Assembly: GCA_951813615.1 (NCBI GenBank)
Contig: OX638377.1
Coordinates: forward strand, 5,055,739 to 5,119,738
Source of the DNA: an uncultured Latescibacterota bacterium
Lineage (GTDB): Bacteria; Latescibacterota; UBA2968; UBA8231
Reading direction: 5' to 3'
Length of the DNA stretch: 64,000 nucleotides
Both the position numbers and the translations under genes were made by a program. How positions within the stretch are numbered: the first letter of the stretch is position 1; each line of letters opens with the position of its first letter. Below are positions 28,801 to 34,921 of this stretch, piece by piece. Under the pieces are notes generated by a model. That model searched no databases and had not been told where the DNA came from. It was given only the letters and a program-made list of their open reading frames with translations.

Positions 28801-31551
28801 GTGGTGCTGGAGAGCCAGCCGACGGGCACGGTCACGGTGACGCCGAGTGTCAGCGGTGATTCGGACGTGACGGTGGCTCCTTCGACGCTGACGTTCACAG
28901 AGGACAACTGGGATCAGCCGCAGACGCTGACGGTCTCGGCGGCGCAGGACGACGATGCGGACGACTCGTCTGCGACCATAACGCACGCGGTGTCCGGCGG
29001 CGACTACGGTTCGGAGACAGCGGACGATGTAGAGGTAACGGTCACCGACAACGATGTAGTGGCGATTCATACAGCTTCGATCACACTGTGCGGTGCCACG
29101 CTAGGGTCGACGACGGGCGTTGCGTATGATTCATCAGTGGACATATGCTGGGACACCGAGGGGCCGATCCCCATGGGCAGCGACGTGGTGATCGAGGAGC
29201 GCGTCAAGAAATTCCAGGATTACCCCGATCCGTTTTCCTCGTGGCAGGAAATCGCGCGCGGCAACAACTTCACGCCGTGCTCCTCGGACGACAACAGTTG
29301 CGTGAAATACACGCGCACCGGCTTGATGCGGGCAGAGTCTTTCACGCAGGAGTTGCGCATCCGCCGAGGTAGCGATGTCTTGGGGACCTCGCCACAACTG
29401 GAGGCGGCCGCACCCAACAGCAACGAGAACGGGTTGCAGGCGCAGCTATCGCAGGCCATAGACGAGGACACTTGGGCCTTTATCGAAAAGCCAACGGGGC
29501 CGTTCGTGGTAGGGCTGGTATTCAGCGAGCCTGACTTGGGCGCGCTGTATTCAGAAGCTGTGCGTGGCCTTAAGACGGACGACTTTCGGATGACCAACGG
29601 CACCGTGACCGCCATCGAAGGCTGGAACGGCGGATCCTACAAAGTCCGCGTTACGCCAACCACGCTGGGCGAGCCGGTGACGATCAAGCTGAAGGCAAAA
29701 ACGGTCCGGGGCGTTGGTGAAGGCATCACGGATGCCGGCAAGAACGCCTTCACGCGCAGGAACACCGGATCGAACAAGGTCGTGCAGCAAACCGCTGCCG
29801 CCGCTGGGAAGGTGACCGCCACGCCGGGGCTGTCGGTGGCCGACGCCGAGGTGGATGAAGGCCCGGACGCGACGCTCTCGTTCCAAGTAACGCTCAGCCG
29901 AGCGGCCTCGGGTTCAGTGGCCGTGGACTGGGCGACGGCGGACGGCACGGCGACGGCGGGGCAGGATTACACCGCCGCCCGTGGCACGCTCACCTTCGCC
30001 AGCGGCGAGACATCACAGACGGTGACCGTGACCGTGCTCGACGACGCGCACAACGAGGGCACGGAGACCCTCACCCTCACGCTCTCGAATCCGTCGGGCG
30101 CGCGGATTACCGACGGCACGGCGACCGGTACGATTATAAACAGCGACCCGATGCCCCAAGCATGGCTGGCGCGGTTCGGGCGCACAGTGGCGGACCAAGT
30201 GCTGACGTCAGTGAACAATCGAGCGCGGACGGCGCGGGCGCCGGGCTTCGAAGCCCGAGTCGCCGGACAGCGGCTTGAGGGCCTATTGGCGTCAGACGAA
30301 GAAGAGGAGCCGGAGGCGGCACGCCACCAGAAGGTGGACGGATACTCCAGCAAACGCGACGAGCGGGGAACGTGGTTGCGAGAGGTGACGGCACGTGACT
30401 TCGTCACCGGCTCCTCCTTTGCGCTGACGGGCGAAACGCAAGAGAGTGGCTTGGGTTCGCTGTGGGGACAGGGAACCCTCGCACGCTTCGACGGGCGCAA
30501 GGGCGACCTCTCGCTCGACGGCGAGATTCTGAGCAGCTTGTTGGGTGCGGACTGGACGAGAGGACGTGGGATCGCGGGAGTCTTACTCTCGCACGCACAG
30601 GGCAAGGGCGACGGGGATGGCGCGATGGAATCGACGCTGACCGGCCTCTATCCCTACGGGCACTATGCCATAGACGATCACCTGTCGGCGTGGAGCGTTT
30701 TCGGCTACAGTCGCGGCGAGCTGGCGCTGGTACCGACAGGCGGGACAACGCTGGAGGCCGGCATCGGCTTGGCCATGGCCGCAGCAGGTGCCCGGGGTAC
30801 GGTACTCGACGGGGACCGCAACGGGCTGACGTTGGCGCTAATCTCGGATGGGATGGCGATGCGGACGACCTCGGAGGCGGTTGAGGGCTTGGTGTCGTCG
30901 GAGGCGGATGTGACGCGGCTCCGACTCGGGCTTGAAGGATCGCGACCGCTACGGCTCGAAGGCGGGTCGGTGCTGACGCCCGCCATCGAGATCGGCGCGC
31001 GCCACGACGGCGGCGATGCAGAGACCGGCTACGGTGCTGACCTCGGGGCGGCGCTGGCGTGGTCGTACCCCAAACGCGGTCTGAAGGCCAAGGTCCAAGG
31101 TCGCGGGCTGGTTGCCCACCAAGACAGCGACTTCCAGGAGTGGGGCTTCGCCGGCTCGCTCGCTTGGGACCCGACGCCAGCCTCCGAGCTCGGGCCGTCG
31201 TTTACGCTCCAAGAGACCGTAGGAGCGGCGGCGACGGGCGGGATGCGGGCTCTGATGCAACGAGATTCCCCAGCGGATCTGACGACGAACGAGGTTCGCG
31301 GCGGCGGGCGGGTCGAAGCTGAGATCGGCTATGGCCTGCCAGTGTGGCGCGGGCGATTCGCCGGCATTCCCTCCTTCCGGTTCGGCTCTGCCGGCGGCGG
31401 CCGGACTGCTCGGCTCGGTTACCGGCTGAGTCCAATCAGTGCCGAGGGCTGGCAACTCAAACTGGCCGTCGAGGCCATGCGCCGAAAAAGCGCCAACGCC
31501 AACCGGCCGACCGACCACTTTGTCGGAATGCGCGCTGGGATGCGCTGGTGA
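22816..31551 (+). CDS. giant secreted multidomain adhesin-like protein (2911 aa): LRR, Calx-beta, FN3 and SwmB-like modules with a C-terminal autotransporter-type beta-barrel
   Basis: GGAG lies 5 nt upstream of the ATG at 22816 (the ORF track starts at 22777). The signal peptide ends LLLCAATVQA. Repeated EGTDYA..LTI.AG.TSGTASFTLTPTDD units are Calx-beta modules. GYKVQWKSG marks an FN3 module. The protein ends ...GMRAGMRW. Confidence 0.9.
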   Translation: MKHAGRYSLPSNPESTARPSGRLRLWCGLAAGLLLCAATVQAGPATGKPTISGAPQVGELLTADTSGIEDTDGLGTFSYQWIQVDDLTETNILGATSSTYTPVAADIGKTLKVKVNFTDGEGNAETLTSDAYPSAGYPVVAIVAAKTTCPTDSDWCAELGVGYQGIFSVGGTDLYLGYDVGSGEGHLGTLSDTDVSHGESTYAFASIKFVSRSGISYVQVKLDGPMPMGTVFNLGGTTFTANPVDWTYLSPGNGEYKFITPSGFGMVEGQKMTVSVNFPADVTDNSGDVIDPPISSRTRAVKAAIVAASGVQTAAAVTAEHLANITTLDLSEKSITSLTAGDFNGLTQLVQLDLNNNDLSSLPSGIFSELTALKNLDLSDNRLSALPAGLFDDATALREVQLQFNELSTLPAGIFKNSSELRDFDVEQNNLTSLPADIFQDTPKLYRLFMRQNELESVSSDLVSGLSNLFLFHIGFNNLDSLPAGFFVGLTNLKWLYVMGSTSSYTTPFTVSLEKVEDGKVKAVIREGAPYDIQVHVTVENGSLADDATLIAIPQGVVESEAIAVTRTPGTTGAVTVDIERYGVTLPTGLPVHRGFELVKPTTGLPVEIYAEVALSLSTSSVDEDAGATSITVTGTLNGTTRTADTPVTVAVGTSSDTATEGTDYATVNDLTLTILAGETSGTASFTLTPTDDDVDEADETLSVSGTTTATDLSVTGTTATIVDDDERGVEVSATTLSVSEGGTATYTVALESKPTDTVTVALSASGDADVTVSPSSLSFITENWSTAQTVTVSAAPDAAARGDRAMIAHAASGGDYGSVSIDAVSVTVAPGQVTGVTVSAGIEELTVTWDAVSNADGYKVQWKSGSETFASAATDNREATIASGTTTSYAITGLTNGTAYSVQVIATRANSDDGTASAPATAMPVAQARITSVEFTNVPSSGVYGLGSTIEVSARFDAAVEVTGMPQIQLTFPSTTMSNKYVHYDDAASTDRVLVFKRLVTGDDDEEESGIRVDTNSLELNGGTIKSKGTSVNADISHSYVTGPNAKTRWVESIAVTSEAAAGRVYGPDEKIEFTVTFESPVYVDQTGGNPQLFFQARNSSTTHAAAYESGTGTKELVFAWTVPAAVADDGADLVVPSNVYNLSAGVGLHNDRGLVLNGGAIENRSGIAVNIRHEEHDLGVQVDTTTPVLASGADGATVDGTTLVLTFQNPNNSNLPDQLDENSVPTPTDFAVTVAGSAQTVSSVDVSGATVTLSLASPVGYAQTVTMGYTPGTNPVQDLAGNDAASIADHSVRNDSPQPSLSIQDATVAEDAGTAAFTVTLDVASGELVAVDYATADGTGAAGSDYTAASGTLTFAAGETTGTIEVAVADDAIDEEDESFTVTLSNPVTATIASATATGTITDDDTASTEATLSVSLVAMSEDAGATTVTVTAELDESARTSATEVTVSVGDSGDGATEGTDYATVSDFTLTIAAGQTTGTATFTLTPTDDDVDEEDETLTVDGTVQGLTVTATTLTIEDDDTRGIALSPTSLTVAEGGSKSYAIVLESQPTADVTVSVTVPSGTEVSVDNTALTFTTSNWDQVQTVTVSAAQDADAEDGVATITHAVSGGDYSTMTADDVAVTVNDDETASTKVTLSVSLASVSEDAGATTVTVTAELDEAPRVDDTSVTGTVGASGDSATEGTDYATVSDITLTIAAGQTSVTASFTLTPTDDAIAEEDETLTVDGTVQGLTVTATTLTIEDDDTRGIAVSPTNLTVAEGRSKSYTVVLSSQPTADVTVTPSVSGDSDVTVAPSKLTFTEDNWDQPQTVTVSAAQDADAEDASATIAHAVSGGDYGSIAAEDVEVTVTDDEIASTKVTLSVSATSVDEDAGSTSVTVTAELDESARTSATEVTVSVGAVGDGATEGTDYATVSDFTLTIAAGQTTGTASFTLTPTDDAIDEDDETLTVDGAVQGLSVTRTTLTIEDDDTRGIAVSSTDLTVDEGAGSSTYTVVLESQPTGTVTVTPSVSGDSDVTVAPSTLTFTEDNWDQPQTLTVSAAQDDDADDSSATITHAVSGGDYGSETADDVEVTVTDNDVVAIHTASITLCGATLGSTTGVAYDSSVDICWDTEGPIPMGSDVVIEERVKKFQDYPDPFSSWQEIARGNNFTPCSSDDNSCVKYTRTGLMRAESFTQELRIRRGSDVLGTSPQLEAAAPNSNENGLQAQLSQAIDEDTWAFIEKPTGPFVVGLVFSEPDLGALYSEAVRGLKTDDFRMTNGTVTAIEGWNGGSYKVRVTPTTLGEPVTIKLKAKTVRGVGEGITDAGKNAFTRRNTGSNKVVQQTAAAAGKVTATPGLSVADAEVDEGPDATLSFQVTLSRAASGSVAVDWATADGTATAGQDYTAARGTLTFASGETSQTVTVTVLDDAHNEGTETLTLTLSNPSGARITDGTATGTIINSDPMPQAWLARFGRTVADQVLTSVNNRARTARAPGFEARVAGQRLEGLLASDEEEEPEAARHQKVDGYSSKRDERGTWLREVTARDFVTGSSFALTGETQESGLGSLWGQGTLARFDGRKGDLSLDGEILSSLLGADWTRGRGIAGVLLSHAQGKGDGDGAMESTLTGLYPYGHYAIDDHLSAWSVFGYSRGELALVPTGGTTLEAGIGLAMAAAGARGTVLDGDRNGLTLALISDGMAMRTTSEAVEGLVSSEADVTRLRLGLEGSRPLRLEGGSVLTPAIEIGARHDGGDAETGYGADLGAALAWSYPKRGLKAKVQGRGLVAHQDSDFQEWGFAGSLAWDPTPASELGPSFTLQETVGAAATGGMRALMQRDSPADLTTNEVRGGGRVEAEIGYGLPVWRGRFAGIPSFRFGSAGGGRTARLGYRLSPISAEGWQLKLAVEAMRRKSANANRPTDHFVGMRAGMRW
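23780..24315 (+). other. leucine-rich-repeat block (about 8 repeats) inside the 2911-aa protein
   Basis: It shows a 24-aa periodicity of the form L..L.L..N.L..LP.G.F, for example LDLNNNDLSSLPSGIFSELTALKNLDLSDNRLSALPAGLF. Confidence 0.85.
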
Positions 31552-31565
31552 GGCGTTGATCGGCA
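27700..31565 (+). repeat. segmental paralogy with 55450-59366 (3' ~3.9 kb of both giant genes plus 14 nt beyond the stop)
   Basis: The two segments align collinearly by eye. The barrel part is almost identical and upstream modules are progressively more diverged. Similarity ends at TGAGGCGTTGATCGGC. The boundaries are approximate. Confidence 0.8.
30148..31548 (+). other. autotransporter-type linker helix plus beta-barrel translocator domain
   Basis: A PMPQAWLARFGRTVADQVL helix is followed by about 440 aa of alternating-hydrophobic strands rich in G, A, L and Y. The terminal residue is the aromatic W. Confidence 0.7.
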
Positions 31566-31570
31566 GAAGT

Positions 31571-31605
31571 GACCCTCGTGCTATGCTCCCCATGGCGCGA
31601 GGGTC
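31571..31605. terminator. hairpin between convergent genes (possible bidirectional terminator)
   Basis: The 8-bp stem GACCCTCG / CGAGGGTC has a 19-nt loop and only a weak T-rich tail. It lies between the stops at 31551 (+) and 31652 (-). Confidence 0.3.
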
Positions 31606-31651
31606 GCTTGTGTATAACGGACCTCCGTCACCTCGTCTCCCGTTCCAGTTA

Positions 31652-34036
31652 CTATCCTTTTGGCATTCGGTAGCCGACGCGAGGCTCGGCAAAGATGTAC
31701 GTGGGGTTACTCGCGTCGTCGCCCAGCTTGCGGCGGAGTCTCCGGACGAGGGTGCGGAGCACCCGCACATCGCCGGAGCTAGTCAGGCCCCATACCCTGC
31801 GCAGCAACTGGGCGTGGGTCAACACCCGTCCGGCGTTGACCGACAGCTCAAAGAGCAGTTCGTACTCCGCGGCGGTCAGTTGCACCGGCTGGCCAGCTAT
31901 CGTCACGTAGCGCTTGGCATAGTCAATGGTCAGGCCGTCCAGCACGTAGGGTTCCGACGGCTCGGCCTGATATGGATTCGTCTGCCGGCGCAGGGCCGCT
32001 CGGACCCTCGCTACTAACTCCGTTGGCGAGAAGGGCTTGACGATGTAATCGGTGGCCCCCTGCTCAAAGGCCCGTGCGATGACTTGGTCCTTGCCGTACC
32101 CAGAGACGAAGATGATCGGCACATCGGCAGTACGGCGGATGGACTTCATCAGGTCGATTCCGTCGGAGTCGGGCAGCACTAGGTCGAGCAAGACCAAGTG
32201 GGGCCTTTTCTCCTCTGTGAGAAGAAGCGCATCTTGGGGGTCCGGGGTCACTATCGACGTGAAGCCCCCCTCCGAAAGCGCGTCCCGGATGTACCTCAGC
32301 GCTTGGGGGTCGTCGTCCACCACCAAAATGCAGGCATCCTCGCTCTTTTCCTGCTCCGGGTGGGTGGCGAGCTGAGGAGACTGGGTTGTTGCACTCGTCC
32401 CGGCCTCTTCGACCACCGGGATGGTGAAGGTAAACCGCGCGCCGAGGCCCAGCCCGCCGCTCTCAGCCCAGATGCGGCCACCGTGCGCCTCTACGATCCC
32501 CTTGCAGATGGCAAGGCCCAGACCCGAACCGCCCGTTTCGCGTTTCCGGTCCTCGCCGTCGATCTGGGAAAACTTCCTAAACAGGTGCGGCAACCGATCG
32601 GCGGGTATCCCTCTGCCCGCGTCGGTGACGGAGATCGCCACGTAGAGCTCCTCCCGCACGACGGCCACCTCAATGGCGGACGACTCCAGCGAGTGCCTTG
32701 CCGCGTTGGCAAGGAGGTTATCCAAGACTTGGACGATGCGTTGTCGGTCTGCCATGACCAAGGGCAGGTCTGGTGCGAGGTCGAGATTGAGAGCGTTACT
32801 CTCGCTGCCACTTAGAAAGGTGTTCCTGGCTCGGTCCACCAAGCTGGCAACCTCCGCTGGTTCGGGATGGACCGGCAAGGTGCCCGTCTCGATGCGCGCC
32901 ACGTCCAGCAGATCGCCGATCAGCCCGCGCATGTGGTCGACCTGCTGGACGATAATCTGGTGAAACTGGCGCGACTCGGCGGGGTCCAAGTCGGCTGAGG
33001 CCTCCAGCAGAGTGGTTGCAGAGCCTTTAATAGAGGTCAGCGGGACGCGCAACTCGTGGCTCACCATTCCGAGGAACTCGGCTCGCAGTCGCTCCAGTTC
33101 CTCCAGCGGTGTCATGTCCTGTAGCGTGACGATGACCGACTCGACCTCGCCGTCCTCCGAATGGATGGGCGTGGCGTTTACCAGCGTGGTCACCGACCGG
33201 CCGTCAGGGGCCTGAATGACGATCTCCTCGGTGCGGACGACCTCGCTGCTACTCAACACCTGCGCGAGGGGAAAATCGCCCAGAGCTATCTCGCTCCCAT
33301 CCGCACGTCGGATGGTAACCATATTGATGAGCTGCTCTATAGAGTCTCCTGGCATCCGCAGGTCTTTTATAATCCTTCGGGACTCCCGGTTGAGGGATAT
33401 CGGTACGCCCGTCTGGGCGTCGAAGACTGCCACGCCTACAGGAGAGGTGTTGATTAAGGTTTCTAGGTCGGCTCTGGCCCGTCGCTCGTCGCGGTACTTG
33501 CGGGCGTTGGAGATGACCAGCGCCGCTTGGGATGCAAACATGACCAAGAGCTCCTCGTCTTCGCGGGTGAACTCTTGCCCGAGACCCCTCTTTCCCAAGT
33601 AAATGTTGCCCGTGTTCTCGCCTTGGTAGTGGATCGGGGCCCCTAGGAAGGCGCTTACGCTCAGCTCAGCGGGGAGGGCAAACTCGGGAAGGCCCTGCGA
33701 TCTACTGTAGCTGGTAAAGTCCCGGACTCTCAGCGGTCCCGAAATGTTGCTTAGGCGTTCTAATAACTTATCCCCTTCGGGAACCTCCCATAACCGTTGG
33801 CTCTCCTCGACCGTCAGGCCAGAGGCCAAGAAATCTTCCACCTGCCTTGAATCGTCCAAGGTGATGATCACGCCGTACCGGGCGTCGGTCAACGACCGGG
33901 CGCTGTCCAAGATCCCCTGCAATACCGTGTCGAGGTCGAGGCTTTCGTTGATGCGGAGGCTGGCCTCGCTCAGCTTGGAAAGGCGGTTTTGTAGTGTCTC
34001 TATCTTCTGTTGGTCACGCTCGTCAGCGTTCTTCAA
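31652..34036 (-). CDS. single-polypeptide two-component system: GAF-PAS-HisKA-HATPase-REC-OmpR/PhoB-type winged helix
   Basis: 794 aa with no TM helix. The H-box is SHELRVPLTSIKG. The G-boxes are DAGRGIP and GGSGLGLAI. The receiver has ILVVDDDP...LVLLDLVLPD...KPF. The wHTH region has LTAAEYELLFEL...VRRLRRKL...VGYRM. GGAGGAG lies 5 nt upstream of the TTG start. Confidence 0.9.
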   Translation of the reverse strand: MKNADERDQQKIETLQNRLSKLSEASLRINESLDLDTVLQGILDSARSLTDARYGVIITLDDSRQVEDFLASGLTVEESQRLWEVPEGDKLLERLSNISGPLRVRDFTSYSRSQGLPEFALPAELSVSAFLGAPIHYQGENTGNIYLGKRGLGQEFTREDEELLVMFASQAALVISNARKYRDERRARADLETLINTSPVGVAVFDAQTGVPISLNRESRRIIKDLRMPGDSIEQLINMVTIRRADGSEIALGDFPLAQVLSSSEVVRTEEIVIQAPDGRSVTTLVNATPIHSEDGEVESVIVTLQDMTPLEELERLRAEFLGMVSHELRVPLTSIKGSATTLLEASADLDPAESRQFHQIIVQQVDHMRGLIGDLLDVARIETGTLPVHPEPAEVASLVDRARNTFLSGSESNALNLDLAPDLPLVMADRQRIVQVLDNLLANAARHSLESSAIEVAVVREELYVAISVTDAGRGIPADRLPHLFRKFSQIDGEDRKRETGGSGLGLAICKGIVEAHGGRIWAESGGLGLGARFTFTIPVVEEAGTSATTQSPQLATHPEQEKSEDACILVVDDDPQALRYIRDALSEGGFTSIVTPDPQDALLLTEEKRPHLVLLDLVLPDSDGIDLMKSIRRTADVPIIFVSGYGKDQVIARAFEQGATDYIVKPFSPTELVARVRAALRRQTNPYQAEPSEPYVLDGLTIDYAKRYVTIAGQPVQLTAAEYELLFELSVNAGRVLTHAQLLRRVWGLTSSGDVRVLRTLVRRLRRKLGDDASNPTYIFAEPRVGYRMPKG

Positions 34037-34190
34037 TTCATCTCCTCCATCGGGATGCGGAATGTGTGGTTATAGGATCATTGAGGTTTTTAAACCAGAA
34101 AAAGCTACCTGTTTGGTGGACATACAACGTCGTCTGTCATACGACTGAATCGAGCAGATTGGAGAATTTTAGAACAGTCTTTATTAGGGG

Positions 34191-34236
34191 CCATATATGG
34201 TCTTTTTTAATTAAAGGGCTATATATGGTCTTTTTT
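34191..34236 (+). promoter_or_regulatory. two 28-bp-phased palindromic boxes (CCATATATGGTCTTTTTT / CTATATATGGTCTTTTTT)
   Basis: The cores start at 34191 and 34219. They lie in the AT-rich region between the divergent HK-RR gene and the 34685 gene. Confidence 0.6.
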
Positions 34237-34403
34237 CAGCTATCATTTTATCGATTTCTATTTGTTAATTAATTTTTTATTCATCCTAAACAATAATTAA
34301 AAGATTGTGAGGCGCAAATGCCAATGAGCTAACCATAGGCGACAGACGAGTGATACCAAGCCGAGGCAACGCGGAGGACTTCTTGGGAAAGGGACCCATA
34401 AAA

Positions 34404-34467
34404 TCACCAAGAAATCACCGAAACAGACCTGCATGTCACCCACAAGTCACCAAGAAATTTTTAATAT
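34404..34467 (+). promoter_or_regulatory. TCACC direct-repeat module (4 boxes) plus a -10-like TAATAT
   Basis: Boxes start at 34404, 34415, 34436 and 34447, giving spacings of 11, 21 and 11 bp. TAATAT lies 10 nt after the last box. Confidence 0.55.
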
Positions 34468-34684
34468 AGTATTGTTGTGTTGTGGGGTGCTAAGAATGTC
34501 TCCAAAGATCATAAGCCTTCCGAGTCCAGCAGGATAACCGTGTGACGCTCGGTTGGCGGCCACTTTGTCGGGATGAGGGCGAGAAAGGGAGGAGTGGGCA
34601 CGGGAACGGATCACCGAATCAGGATCGGAATGCTGCTGCTCTCAAAAGGAAAGAAAAGCGAGAGGTAGAGCATACAGGAATAAA

Positions 34685-34921
34685 TTGATGGGTATTTCAA
34701 CGATGAGACGAATGGGGCGTCGCCACGAGCCTAGTGCTGGTCGGCACGAAGAGCGAGGGCAGGATAACCAGCCGGCGCTTGCACGGGCCGCGTCTCCAGC
34801 CGGGTCCCTTCTGGTGTTCCTTGCCCTGTTCGCCTGCGTCGCCATGATGGCCCCCCAGCCGCCCACGCGCAGACGGACAGCGACACGATTCCCACCGCGA
34901 GGCTCAAGAGCCTCACGGTGA
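34685..34921 (+). CDS. 5' segment encoding the signal peptide of the downstream ORF, separated from it by a frameshift in a C6 tract
   Basis: This frame encodes ...GSLLVFLALFACVAMMAP and then runs into Arg-rich nonsense. One extra C at 34851-34856 would read MMAPPAAHA|QTDSD... straight into the 34918 ORF. Confidence 0.6.
   Translation: MMGISTMRRMGRRHEPSAGRHEERGQDNQPALARAASPAGSLLVFLALFACVAMMAPQPPTRRRTATRFPPRGSRASR

Noticed and set aside
31439-33602. Plus-strand ORFs lie opposite the HK-RR gene, for example 31439..32017 and 32198..32815.
   Set aside because: They are shadow ORFs. The minus strand encodes a contiguous, motif-complete kinase, receiver and wHTH.
34554-34569. A possible sigma-54 (-24/-12) promoter, TGGCGGCCACTTTGTC, has weaker look-alikes at about 20533 and 37383.
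   Set aside because: The -12 element is GT or GG instead of GC. Spacing differs among the three paralogous sites (10, 10 and 12 nt). The only EBP-like protein lacks GAFTGA. This is not supportable as an RpoN promoter from sequence alone.
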